This document shows, piece by piece, positions 1 to 12,228 of a DNA stretch of 64,000 bases. Location of the stretch: contig OZ025671.1 in assembly GCA_964019335.1 (NCBI GenBank), forward strand, positions 372,001-436,000, read 5' to 3'. Source of the DNA: Diplonema japonicum. Taxonomy: Eukaryota > Protista > Euglenozoa: Diplonemea. Under the pieces are notes generated by a model that searched no databases, had not been told where the DNA came from, and saw only the letters and a program-made list of their open reading frames with translations. Each line of letters starts with the position of its first letter. Position 1 is the stretch's first letter. The translations under genes and the position numbers were made by a program.

Positions 1-1683
1 GAAAGAAAAAAGATGATAGAAGTCTCTCTCTTTTTTTTTATATTATTGTTACCTTTCTTTTTTTTCTTTTTTTCTTCTTTTTGTCACATATTTAGAAGAA
101 AACAAGGGTAACACCTCTCTTATTGTTCTTGAGAACAAAGAAGAGGAGAAAAGATATCGAGCGCAACATCAAAAGGACGGGGGGGGGGGGGGGGGGGGAG
201 GATGAGGCTGTGAGGCAAGGGGAATTGAGGCTGTTTTTCCTTTTTTGAAACCCCCTTTTTTTTTTCAATTACTTTTTTTTTTTTCTTGTTTCCTGTACTG
301 AAGGAGACCATTCAACAAGAGATAAAATCCCGCTGTGAATATCGTTACCTCTTAATGGATTGCAAAGAAGCTTTTTTTCTTTTCTTTTCTTCTTTCAAAA
401 ATTCTGTTTTTAAATAATTTGGTACATTTTTCTGCCGGCGTAAACTCATTTTTTAATCACGTTGGGGGGGGGGGGGGGGGGGAACTATCTCTGTGCAACG
501 TAATAAGGGGAAGATGAATGTTGGCTATGCACATTCGGGGTAAATCTGTAGAAGGGAATAAGCCCATGCCACCCCTTACCCCCTATCCTTTTTTTTCTTT
601 TCTTTTAGCAATAACAATTGTGATCTTTTTTTTCTCCTTTGCTCACTTTTCAATGCTACTCAAAAAAAGAATGACCCCCCACCATCTTACTATTTGTTTA
701 CTTTTTGTTTTGTTTTTTGTGTTTGTGTTTTAATTGTACATGAAAAAATACTGGATAGTCGTTAGTGATAACTATATTAGAAATATCAGAATCAGTTTTT
801 AAGACGAAACGATAGAATTCCTACCCCCCCTTTTCTTTTCTAAAAAAAAGAAAATTCTCTTGCCTTCTTCTCTTTCCCTTGCTCTTAAAGAGAGAAAGGG
901 GGCTTGTTCGCCCACTTTCTACTTCCCCCTTCTTCTTTTAATAACAGAGCAGACGGAAGATGCAAAAGAAAGAAAAAAAGATTCTTTATGACTATATGTC
1001 TTTGTTGTTCACATAAGATGTCGATATTTCACTTTTTCTTTTTTGCTTTGTTGTTCGCACTAGCAAAAAAAAAAAAAGAAAGAAAAAAACTTTTAAAAAA
1101 CCTGGCAATTTTTGCTACTAGTTTCATATAGTTAGTTATAAAATCATTTCTTTCTCGAAAGTAACTATTTGTAACGGGGGGGGGAAGGAAAAAAACAAAT
1201 TAGAATAATAATATTATTTAAAACGGGAAAAAAAAATTATTGTTTGTACAAAGTCGGGTTAAATCACGTTCAAGCCCTCTTCTTCTTCTTTTTTTTTTTT
1301 TTTTTTTATCTTCACCTTTTCTACTGAGAGACATAATCAAGTAGAGGAAGCCACCAATTTCTTACTTTCTTTTTTGTCTGCAGCATTCTTTTTCTCCAGG
1401 TCCTTACTGCCCTTTTTTTTCCCGTTTCAGTTAGAAATATAAAAAAAAGTCCGGCAGGGTTGTGGGGGTGTGCGCACGTTTGCTGTTCAAGAAAAGGAAA
1501 TTCACACTGATCGGTACACACCCTCTCTGCGGTTGCCTACTGGTGCCTGCCTTGCAAGAAAAGAAAGAATAAAAAAGAGGAAAAATAGCAGGGGGGGAAG
1601 GGGGTACCAAGAAAACTAAACCTAACAAAAAAAAAAAACTCTAACTTTTTTTTTTTTTTTTTTTTTTTTCCAAAATATATATT

Positions 1684-3807
1684 TCACACAAAATAAGCCT
1701 TTGCGTGTCCTCGCAACTTTTCCTTATACAACTGTGGGCTTTGTGACCCGCTCAAGAAACCGGACGGGGTTCGTAAAAAGTCACCCAAAATTAACTCAAT
1801 TTCATCTGAAGGAAGATCTTTGTCGCAACACGCAGAAAGAGAGTATCCTTGCGACCCCATCCCAGCAAGGAAGGATATATCGGAGTCTAGAATGGAAAAG
1901 AGTTCTTTATGGAGCTTTGGCAAGAGTGAGATGAAGGGAGGCTGCCCTGCTAAATCAGAGCGTCGGCGTTCGGGAGCAGGCAGCACCGCAAGGTTCTGTG
2001 TTTGTGATGAAGAGAACGGAGTGACCTTGAAAGCCGTCTCATCAATTTTACAAACAGAAACAATGTTTTCAAGCAAGGTCTGGGGGTTGTCCTCCAGGTG
2101 TTTAAAATACCCTTTCGCCATTTTTTTGAACGCGGAGTACTGCTTCCCGCTGATCTTCTCCACGAACAGGGCCCCGTCCCCCGTCACATAACCGTTTCCA
2201 GAACGCCTGCATCGTGACAACGACATCACGAACCCCACGTCGGAGATGCACAGGCGTGAACGCAGCTCCCTGAACTGCAAAGGGTACACAATCGCCACCG
2301 TCACCCCATTCACCTCATGTTTAAAAGTACTATTTGACAACGGCTTCATCGACAATGCTGAAGAAAGATACGAAGACGGTTCCCCTTCACGCACAAGTAC
2401 CGTAACAGGTAGATCGGTGGCGAGGAGAACCGGTGCAGGCGGGCCAACAACCGGCCATGATCTACGGATGAGGTCATTTAGAATGGAGTAGTAGGTCGGG
2501 GTGTCGAGGATTCCCGTGTCATAGTGGCGTTTGTTACTCTCTGCCTTCGCGAGAAGCTCCTCAGAAGGGTTTGTCTTTTTAAACTCTAAAAGCTCGTTTT
2601 CAAGGAATTTCTGTTGCGAGGGGTGCGACCGCTGCATCCGTTTTCCAAACTCCACATTGTCCCTCCGTGTGAGGGTCACCACGCCTTGGTTCTCACGCGC
2701 GAACGTGAACGCAGCCTGATACCCAGGATGCCCGCACTGTACAGCAAACTGTTCTGACCTCCCCGCCATCGTCGATATCAACCATGAAAACGTGAGTAAA
2801 GCCTCGTCCATATCCCTGATGTCATACCCGACTTGGCATTCTTTGCAGAATATCGACAAATCAGTAACTTGACAGTTCCCAATGGAACTACCTGAGTCCA
2901 TAGTACCTGAAGCAGGTGACGTGGGCTGCACGTGTATCTCAATACAGGATTGGTTCGTGACGAAGAACTCTGTGAACGGAAACGGCGGCGGCGGCACGAG
3001 GAGGAGGTCTAAGTACGAGGAGATCGAAGGCAACGGTTCATCCGCCAGATTAACAACGTCGATCTTCTTCAAACGGTCAATCCGTTTCACGGTGTAGTCC
3101 ATGCTCGGCCGGGCATCTCGATACGCGAACGACGACTCAATAGCCGACACGAACGACGCTCTTCTCCGAACAAATCCAGCGTATTGAATTGCGGCCTTTA
3201 CGTTCTTAGCGGTCACTGTTTCCAACCATTTGTCGGGGATGATGATCGTGACCTTAGATTTATTCGATCGAGCTCTTGGGTTGGCCACCATACAGATTTT
3301 TTCAGACCCGTACACGGTGACGTCGCAGCCCAGTAGAACACCTGATGTAATGAACATTCCATGGTTGGTTGTGTTGCGCAGGCAGTCGCGGAGGTCCTTG
3401 ACATGGCGTGGCTCGATTGTTATATCTGTTGAGCTGGATTTTTCCGTTGTGAACACCACGGCGGTGCCGGGGTCAGGGAGTTGTTTTTTAAAGGACCCCG
3501 AGGTGGCTGTTGAGAGGATGGTTTTTACCATCCCCTTGTGCGACATTGTGCCGACGTCGTGGGGGACCTTGAGGACTATGCCGTCCGTCACGATGCAACT
3601 GTCGGTGAGGCCTTCTACGTCCACTATCGTGACAGATATCCCGACCGACGGGTGGCCCGCCACCTCCCACGCGATTTTGCTCACTGTCGGGACTGCTTCT
3701 TCCCCCACACCTAGTTCTTTTATCACGAATTCAAGCTCTTTAAAGGACGTGCTCTCGTTCCATCCGTAGCATTGGCTACCGAGGGTGCTAACCCTCTCTA
3801 TTCTCAT
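1684..3807 (-). CDS. Fab1/PIKfyve-like protein (CCT-like N-terminal region plus C-terminal PIP5K domain), probably catalytically impaired
   Basis: 707-aa ORF. The C-terminus YPLQFRELRSRL..FVMSLSRC..YFKHL..PQTLL..DISFLA..GYSL..GDFLRT..SPQLYKEKLRGHAKAYFV follows the Fab1 kinase domain layout. MDYSL is replaced by QGYSL and GGKSG is absent. Confidence 0.75.
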   Translation of the reverse strand: MRIERVSTLGSQCYGWNESTSFKELEFVIKELGVGEEAVPTVSKIAWEVAGHPSVGISVTIVDVEGLTDSCIVTDGIVLKVPHDVGTMSHKGMVKTILSTATSGSFKKQLPDPGTAVVFTTEKSSSTDITIEPRHVKDLRDCLRNTTNHGMFITSGVLLGCDVTVYGSEKICMVANPRARSNKSKVTIIIPDKWLETVTAKNVKAAIQYAGFVRRRASFVSAIESSFAYRDARPSMDYTVKRIDRLKKIDVVNLADEPLPSISSYLDLLLVPPPPFPFTEFFVTNQSCIEIHVQPTSPASGTMDSGSSIGNCQVTDLSIFCKECQVGYDIRDMDEALLTFSWLISTMAGRSEQFAVQCGHPGYQAAFTFARENQGVVTLTRRDNVEFGKRMQRSHPSQQKFLENELLEFKKTNPSEELLAKAESNKRHYDTGILDTPTYYSILNDLIRRSWPVVGPPAPVLLATDLPVTVLVREGEPSSYLSSALSMKPLSNSTFKHEVNGVTVAIVYPLQFRELRSRLCISDVGFVMSLSRCRRSGNGYVTGDGALFVEKISGKQYSAFKKMAKGYFKHLEDNPQTLLENIVSVCKIDETAFKVTPFSSSQTQNLAVLPAPERRRSDLAGQPPFISLLPKLHKELFSILDSDISFLAGMGSQGYSLSACCDKDLPSDEIELILGDFLRTPSGFLSGSQSPQLYKEKLRGHAKAYFV

Positions 3808-4135
3808 GTTTTGTTTCCTCCTCCTTTTTTTTATTTTTTATTTTTACCCTGTTTTTTTTTTGCCGTTTTCCTGCAAAAAAAAAGGGGGTGGAGGGGGGAA
3901 ACGTGGACAGGGGGAGGGGAGGGACAGGGAAAACTTTTTTTGTATTTTTTTTTCGTCGCGAACAAAAAAGGGGGGAGGGAAGAGAGAGAGAGAGGGGGGG
4001 GAAGAAAAAAGGAACTGTGGGGGGGTTTCTTTTTTTATTTTGTTTGTTTCTTAGAAAATTTATTGAGTCATCTCCACTTTTTTTTTTGAAGAGGTTCAAG
4101 GCGGGGGTAGAGGTAGGAGTGAACGATATTGTCTA

Positions 4136-4170
<35 letters not shown>

Positions 4171-5999
4171 TTGTTGGCATTTGTTTTGTCCAAACGCTCT
4201 ACTCTATGTTTTCTTTTGCTCTTTTTTTGCAAGAAAATAAGCAGTACTTGTTAAATACAAAAGCTTTCCAAGGGGAGGGAAGGGGAGGGACACATAACGA
4301 AGAAGGCTATTGTCCACTGAGTACCGCCATTTGAATGATCGAAAGAACATGTCATCCTTCTTGATGGCAGTTTGTCAGGCGGCCCACGCAAGCTAAGGAA
4401 GTATATGGTACTGGCAATCAAAAGGCTCCAAGGAAGTTGCCATATGTGCTCGGGCAGGATGATGGGGGGGGGACAAAAAAGAAATTCCGGGGGGGGGGGG
4501 GCTTTAAAAGAATTGACAGTTGCCCTGTCTATTCGTCATTCTTATTTTAAAAATTAAGGGGAGGGGATGTGCCTCTTGAAACCGGAGGTACTTAAAAAAC
4601 GGATAATATTTTCATTTCGGTTCTAAAAAAAAAAAAAAATCCGTTTGACCATTTTTGTGTGAAAAACTTAAAAGGAAAAAAAAAGGTGTTTTTTATCGCT
4701 CGGAGTTGCCTTTTTCGTGTTTAAGGGCAAATCCCACTTGAGGATCACCCCTACGAGTGGTCCTATTTTTTGAAAAACCCCCATGAGACGCAAATAATAA
4801 CTTTTTTTTTTTTATTACTTGCCACACAAATAGTCACTTTAGAATACATAGCAAATAAAAAGGTGTGTGTGTGTGAAGAGTACAAGCACAATAGCAGCAA
4901 AAAAAAGGGGGGAGAAGAAGGGGGTAAGGCTGGGTGAGAAAGAAAAAAAAAAGAAAAGCCTGTTGTAAACCTTCTTTTGTGGGGCAGGTGCCTGCAGAAA
5001 TCTTTTTGAAGCTAAAAACAAAACAAAAAAAAACGGGACGATGGGGCCGTGTGTGGCAGGCATCACTTCCATAAAAATTTTTTCTCGTTTTTCTTTTTCG
5101 CTCGCAAAGCATAACTCTTAAGGGGGGTGGGGGTTTTTTTTTTCTTCATAAGAACCTTGGAAAGACAGTAAACAACATGCCCGGTCTCCACCAGGAGCTT
5201 CTTGAGGCTTCAAAACTTGGTTTCCATAAGGAAACCAGTGCGCCGGTATTGCTACCGAAGCTGACCTGATGGGTAAGTCATCATTCTCCCCCTATATGTC
5301 TTTTTTTTTTTTTTTTTTTTTTTGAAAAAGGACAATAAAAGCTGTTTTAAGTTTCAAGCAAAGGCCAAACTAGGTATGTGGTTTTTTTTTTTTTTTTTTT
5401 CTTGGGTGCCCCAAGAAAAAAAAAATCTACTACATTTGAGAAGGGGAACTGTTCGCAATACCCCCCCCCCCCCCCCCCCCAAGAAGAAGAAAAAAGACCA
5501 GGAAAAAAAAAATACATTCGAGAGGGACGCGCGTAGCTACAACCAAGATAGGCCCAAGGACCAGTAAATTGGGAATACGCGACTTTACTTTTTATATATA
5601 AAAAGTGAAGGGTCTAAGGTGAAGGGACATTACGAAAGTGTACTTTCGCACCAATGGTGTTCATCTTTGGCCATTCCGCGCTTTCTCTCTCTTTCCCCCC
5701 TTCATTTTAGTCCCTTCCCCATCCTTAATAGATGTTTCTTTCTTACTTAGGTGGATGGGAAGAGGGAATTGGGAAAAGTGCTGGCTGAACACACTGCATA
5801 AGAAGAAAAAGGGGGGGGGGGGAGGAAGAAAGAAAAACCTTTGAGTAGCGCTGCCGCTCACGTGCCGTGCCTTAGCAAAGAAAGGGGAAAAAGAAGGGGG
5901 CAAATAAATAAAATACTTTTTTCTTCTTCTTTTTTTTTTCCACTTAAAGTTTCTTTCTATAGTTTTTTTTTTTTCTTTTTTTCTCTTTTTTTTTTTTTC

Positions 6000-7168
6000 T
6001 TACGCCCCGAGGCAGTTTGTGCAAGGAGGCCTGGCAGGCTGCGGGATGAGACGACGAGGACACCAGTTGGCAATACACCTCCCTCCGTCAACGGAGCAGA
6101 ATTTTGTTGAATCACATTCAAGAACAGAGAGAGACGAACAGTCCGCACCAGGAACCATATGGAAGGTGAGGTACTTCGTTGGCTTCACAGAGGGCCCGAT
6201 CGTGACTGTCTCACCAATGGCAAGCTGCCTCCTGTATATCGCGGTCTCATGGTGGAAGGGGTTGACAATACGAGGCCCGCATGACCCGCTCTCCCAGCCC
6301 TCCGTGGTAAGGATACCAGGCCACCCACCATTTTCAGCAGAACTGCACGGCGGGCAGTGGTAGTGAGTGACGAACCAGTCGCAAGGGTACTCCGAGTCAG
6401 CAGGACACTTCAAGGTGTAAGTGGTACCCGTCGGGACGTTAAAGGTCCCTCTGCACGTGAACCCTGCAAACCATTCACCGGGAATGTGCTTCAGGTTGAA
6501 ACTACTGTCCGACCACCCATCCATGAGCTCCGTGGTGTCCACCTTTGCGTAAGTCAATGCCGGGCTAGCCTCAACACATTCATGAACAACAGGTGCCTCA
6601 GTGTCAGGTGCACTTGTAGCAGGTGCATCTGTGTCAGGTGCGTTGGTGTCGGGAGCATTTGTGTCTGGTGCATTGGTGTCAGGAGCATCAGTGTTGCAGT
6701 CGATGACTTTGATACGAGTGGAGTACTCGTAGTAGCTTCGCTTGTTGTACATCCTGACCTCGTACTCGCCAATGGGGTACTTGGCGGGGTTCATGTAGAA
6801 TTTCGCCTTCTCCGCAAACTGGTCGTCAACATCGTCGCACGAGCTGGAGGTCGCCCAGCAGTTGGACTGATACCTGCACGCCCACGGCTTGCCGACCCTA
6901 ACGTAGTACCAGCTGTACGAGAAGTACGTTTCCGTATTCTTAGGGACAAAGGCAAGCACTGTGCAGTAACGTGGTGCCCTGTGGGATTCATTTTTTTTTC
7001 TTTTTCATTAAAACCCTTCTTTCATGCATACCCGCTGAATTCAATGTACAAATCCTCCCCCTTGCACACCGTGCTGGTAATGCCGAGAGGGTCTCCTGCT
7101 TTCTTGCAGAACGTCGCATCGGCAGCGCCTGCTAAAAGCGTCAAAAGGAGTGTGAACGCGGACTTCAT
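6000..7168 (-). CDS. Secreted cysteine-rich protein with (D/N)APDT linker repeats, paralogue A; exons 7168-7032 and 6978-6000, ~371 aa
   Basis: Signal-peptide-like MKSAFTLLLTLLAGAADA. The 53-nt GTATGC..CACAG intron at 6979-7031 joins exon 1 in frame to the 319-aa ORF. The C-terminal domain is near-identical to that of the paralogue at 8719-9848. Confidence 0.85.
6592..6693 (-). repeat. Imperfect 15-bp tandem repeat encoding (D/N/S/E)AP(D/A)T units (mucin-like linker)
   Basis: Translation TDAPDTNAPDTNAPDTNAPDTDAPATSAPDTEAP; repeated gtgtc(a/t/g)gg(t/a)gc units on the + strand. Confidence 0.85.
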
Positions 7169-7687
7169 TTTTTTTTTTTTTTTCTTTTTTTTTTTTCGTG
7201 TTTAAATCTTCGCCTTTGATACATTGTGCGAGAGGAGGAGGGATTATAAAAAAAAAATAATAATAAAGAAAGAAAAAAAATAAAGGGAAAAAAAAAAAAA
7301 AAAGAGAAAAAGGGGGTGAAGAATTGCTGTTTACTTCATTTTGCTAACGACACGACCGAAGGCGCATGTGTAACTCGAAAGAGGGCTTGTATGGGGGAAT
7401 TAAAAAAAAAATTTTTTTTTTAATGTTACAAAAACCCTTTCTTTCGCACGTTTTTGGCGTATTGTCGTAGCTAATTTTCCCCCATTTTTTTTTTAAGGTA
7501 GTGAAGAGGAGAGGAGAGGAGAGAGGAATGGAAAAAAAAAAAAAAACCAAAAAAAATAGCCCGGTTACTCGGTTGTAGTAATCTTCCCTCCATACTCTCT
7601 CCAATAAATATAGCATGCAATGGATGTAACCTTTCTTTTAAAGGGCTCGCCAGCTAGGACGGCCTTTTTCCTCTTTTTTCTTCTCTT

Positions 7688-7733
<46 letters not shown>

Positions 7734-8060
7734 CAAAAGAAAAGAGTTGTAAATTGGGTATGTTTTCTTCTTTCTTTCTTTTTTTTTTTTTTTTTTTTTT
7801 CTCTCATAGTTAGGGATAAGAACAAGAAGAAAGTACTGGTTTTTTCTTGTTCATTTTTTCATATTTCATATTTCATTTTTTTTTTTTCGTTCGTTAATTT
7901 GTTAAAACTTGGTTTCTTATTTTTTTTTCTTTTTTTTTTTTTTTTTTTTTTTTGTTTCCAATTATTTTTCCCCGAAGGCACGCTGGAAGAGCCAATAAAA
8001 GCCGACATGACCGAAGAAGAAATAACAGAAAATAGTTGGGTTTGATGATCACCTCTTGGG

Positions 8061-8095
<35 letters not shown>

Positions 8096-8718
8096 CCCGT
8101 TCTTCTTTTCCCCCACCCTCCCTCCCCTCTTCCGTTGTTTCTTCCCCTCAGCCCCCCCCTTATCACAACCTTCTTATTTTAAAGAGGTTTAAAAGGGAAG
8201 GGGAAGGGAAGGAAACCTTCAGAAAAGCAGGAAAACTGCAGAGAAAAGAAAAGAATAGGGAGGGGGAAAAAAAAAAGTGGTAAGTAGAGAATTGATGAAA
8301 GACTGTTGAAATGCGAAAAGCCAGGAGCATATAAAAAAAAAAAAAAAAAAGAAAATTCAAGTCTGAAAGACAAGAATACACTCTTTTTTTTTTCTTGTTT
8401 CTCTCCTTCCCCAGTTTCTTCATTTCTCTTTGCCTGTCCATGCTTTTGTATAGACACAGATGGGCACGGGGATGGGCGCTTATTTAAAAAAAAAAAAAAT
8501 AAATAAAAAACTGAATTTAATAACTCCGATGAGGTCAGCCTTGGGGCTGAATAACTCAATTTAAGAACGAGGCTTCGCGCTAACGCGATTTTTTTTTTTT
8601 TTCTTCGGGTTTTGTAACGCATCATGGAGTTATTTTAGAAAAAAAAAAAAAAAGAAAAAAAAATAGAAATAGGAGAAGGCGAAGAGGCCAATATAGTGTT
8701 ATCTTTCTTCTATCCTCC

Positions 8719-9663
8719 TTAAAGGATGCATTGTTCAATGCAGTTTGTGCAAGGAGGCCTGGCAGGCTGCGGGATGAGACGACGAGGACACCAGTTGGCA
8801 ATACACCTCCCTCCGTCAACGGAGCAGAATTTTGTAGTATCACATTCAAGAACAGAGAGAGACGAACATTCCACACCAGGAACCATATGGAAGGTGAGGT
8901 ACTTCGTTGGCTTCACAGAGGGCCCGATCGTCATTGTTTCACCAATGGCAAGCTGCCTCCTGTATGTCACGGTCTCATAGTGAAAGGGGTTGACAATACG
9001 AGGCCCGCATGACCCGCTCTCCCAGCCCTCCGTGGTAAGGATACCAGGCCACCCACCATTTTCAGCAGAACTGCACGGCGGGCAGTGGTAGTGAGTGACG
9101 AACCAGTCGCAAGGGTACTCCGAGTAGGCAGGACACTTAAAGGTGTAAGTGGTACCCGTCGGGACATCAGCGGTCCCTCTGCAGGTGAACCCTGCAAACC
9201 ATTCACCGGGAATGTGCTTCAGGTTGAAACTACAATCTGACCACCCATCCATGAGCTCCGTGGTGTCCACCTTACTGTAAATGATAGGCGGGTCGGCCTC
9301 AACACATTCATACGAAACAGGCACGGAGGTAGGGATATCTGTCATAGGGGCAGGGGTGTCCGGTGCGTCAGTACACCTAATGAGCTTCACAGCCTTGTAG
9401 GCTAGGTAGTTGCTTGTTGTGTCGTACATCCTGACATGATGCCACCCTGGGCTGAACCTGGCAGGGTCGGCATAGAACTGTACATAAGTTGCATCAGGTG
9501 CAAGTTGGTCGACGTAGGTGCACTCTGTTGAAGTCGCATGGCACTGCGGCAGCATGGAGCATGCCTTGGGCTGCCCTACTCTAATGTGATAGTACCGTGA
9601 GGAGTACCGCTTGGTTTGTCCGCTCTTAGTTAGAGTCAGGACAGAGCACTTGCGAGGGGCGCT

Positions 9664-9708
<45 letters not shown>

Positions 9709-9848
9709 TTTTCATACTTTTCCTGCTTCACCAAGAACTTGCTTCCCAAGCACACGTGGTCACTTCCCACTAATTCAACTTTGTAGTACTGCGGCTGCCC
9801 CATCACAATTGACACCAATACTGTCATTGCCAGGAATAGCTTAGCCAT
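8719..9848 (-). CDS. Secreted cysteine-rich protein, paralogue B; exons 9848-9718 and 9661-8719, ~357 aa
   Basis: Signal-like MAKLFLAMTVLVSIVMG. The 56-nt intron GTATGAAAAC-A43-CAG at 9662-9717 has the same position and phase as in paralogue A (N|APRKC versus G|APRYC). Confidence 0.85.
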
Positions 9849-10829
9849 TTTTTTATTTTAATTTTTTAAAAGTTAAGAAAACCTGTGGAAAAGAAGAATT
9901 GTTAATTACACCAGAGAGGGAAAAGAAAAAAAAACCGGGGGCAGCGGGGGGGGGGGTGCTTTTTTCTTTCCCTTTTTATTTTCTTCTTCTTTCTCTCTTT
10001 CTTTTCTTCCAAGGTTAGGGGGGGAGGGGGAAAGAAAAGTGGGGAGCATTCAAAGGGGAAGAAGAAAGAGTAAAGGAAGTAAAACCAAAAAAAAAAAAAA
10101 AAAGAAGAATGACTTTGGTTGCTTCATAAACCGCCTGGCGTACGAACAACTTCTTAAAAAAAAGGGGGGGGAAACCTTTCTATGTAGGGGGATCGCTCAT
10201 AACGGGGCAAAAAAAAAATGAAAAAAAAAAACCGCTAAAAAAAAGCTGTATCGCGTGACAGGAACGGCAGAAAAAAATAATAATAATAAAAAGTATGGTT
10301 TCCCCTCCTTTTTTTTAAAGCGAGAAAGCGAATAAACAAGGGGAAGGGGAAGACACATTCTACAGAACAGAAGGGGCAAGGCAGGGAAAGGGTGAATGCA
10401 GATCGGCCTACATACAGGACCTTAACCCCTCTTCCCTCTTTTTTTTTTTCTTTTTTCCTTTCTTTTTTTTTTTTTGGTTCAAAAAGCAAAGGGGGAAATG
10501 GAACCGGGCTTTTCCTATGGCCCTCCGTATATTTGTATATGGCACATTGGAGAAGAAAAAAAAAAAAGACTTTATAACCTATGTCTTTGTTCGCACGAGC
10601 AATGTCGGCACAAGTTGCATAAGGTAATAAAACTTTTATTTCTCTTTTTTATTTCTCTTTTTTTTTTTTTTTTGTAAGATAAGTATTTGTAACAAATAAA
10701 AAAAAAATAAAGAAAAGGCGAGCTATTCTTTTTGTTTGCGCGCAAACGGTTACAAAAAAAGTTTCTTTTTTTTTTTTTTTTTTTTAAAAAAAATATATAT
10801 TCTTTCAATAAAGAGATTATTACTATTAT

Positions 10830-10862
<33 letters not shown>

Positions 10863-10902
10863 TAACGCATAACCCGCTGCCCAACCACAACAGCTCTACT
10901 AA

Positions 10903-12195
10903 TCAAGACCCCCCACGTGGGGGCGAAGGTATCAACTCCAAACTCCTCTCATACCGCCAAGCATCTATAACAGTTTGGTACGACCTGCTCACATGCTTAG
11001 ACGCTGCAGCGTGTGAAGGAACGGTCCTTCGCCTAAAGGAAACGACACCAGAAGAAGCCGTGAGGATGGACAAATCCCCAGGATCCACCCAATCATAAAG
11101 ACACCCCTCTGTGGTATAATGAAAAGGGTTGATCTCGATAAGCTGAGCGGTCCCTTCAGACACGTCACAGCACACATCCGCAACACAGCTAACGACAGGG
11201 AGCAGCGGGATGATCTTACCAACGAACTCTTCTATGAACGACTTCACGTTCACAGGATGCTCCTCGAAAAAACAATGGTGGTGGTACTGTGAAACCGCGG
11301 TCAGCCTCCCATCACGGATAAAGCACCTCCACTCATTCGAAGGCTTAATATCCTGCGAAAACCGCCTTACGATAACATGCATGTTGTTTGTCGGGTACAA
11401 CAGGGATTTCCGAAGATCCGTTGCAATACGCGACGAGCCTGAAAAATGGGTCAGAACTTGTTTCCCACTCTTCATGACAAGACTGTGGGACACTGTTTTC
11501 ATGACTGCAACAGCTTCTTGGTTTGCAATGAGATCAGACGATGAGATCGAAGCGATGTCCGCGTTGTCTAAAAGCGTTTTGAGGTACTCTGCAGACTGCG
11601 GTGAGCACTGCAGGATCGCATCGTCCTTTCCAGAACGAGACGACAGCTTCACGAACGCTTCATTGCCGAAGCTTTTGATGGCATCGTCGAGATCGGCTTC
11701 CAATTTGGAGAGATGTGACTTTGCATCACTTGATGTTGTGTCACTGTCACCTCCTGAGAGGACAGTCGTTGCGGTTTTGTTTAAAGGAATCAAAACTGAC
11801 TCCATTGAGTGTTTTCGTAGCTGTTCCGTCCATTGGTGGATTGCCACTGCGTGAGTCATGTTCCAAAATTCTGGTGTTGCAGATGAGACGAATGTGGTGT
11901 CGCCTTCTCGTAGTTGGGTCGGGTTTTGAGTTGTAGGGGTCGGTGACATGTTTGTCGTCTTCTCACTATTGTTGTTGGCCTGAGACAGCGACTGCATCAG
12001 GACCGCTCTGGTTTCGATCGCCTTCTGTTTTACGTCCGCGAGCCTGTCCTTCCGTCTCTCCTCCGCGGCGGCCAGACGCTCTGTTATGTTCTTCCCTTGC
12101 TGTTGCTTCTTCTTCCCCAACCTCTCTTCCAACCCTTTTGGAATCGTCTTTCTTTTCGGCTTTTGGTCATTGTCAACAGGAATTTCGAGGACCGA

Positions 12196-12198
<3 letters not shown>
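10903..12198 (-). CDS. Cdc123/D123-family (R2K ATP-grasp) protein with an N-terminal charged coiled coil
   Basis: AFVKLSSRSGKD, SSRIATDL, EWRCFIRDGRLTAVSQY and LIEINPF..GCLYDW are Cdc123-family motifs. Start taken at MSVLEIP (12198), directly after an A-tract; the upstream part of the track ORF is low-complexity. Confidence 0.8.

Positions 12199-12228
<30 letters not shown>

Noticed and set aside
1-1683. Short Lys/Phe-rich ORFs here and in all other spacers
   Set aside because: They are translations of A/T/G homopolymer tracts, with no coding signal.
4300-4460. Balanced-composition island with several 5-6 bp complementarities
   Set aside because: The helices compete with each other and are of a length expected by chance.
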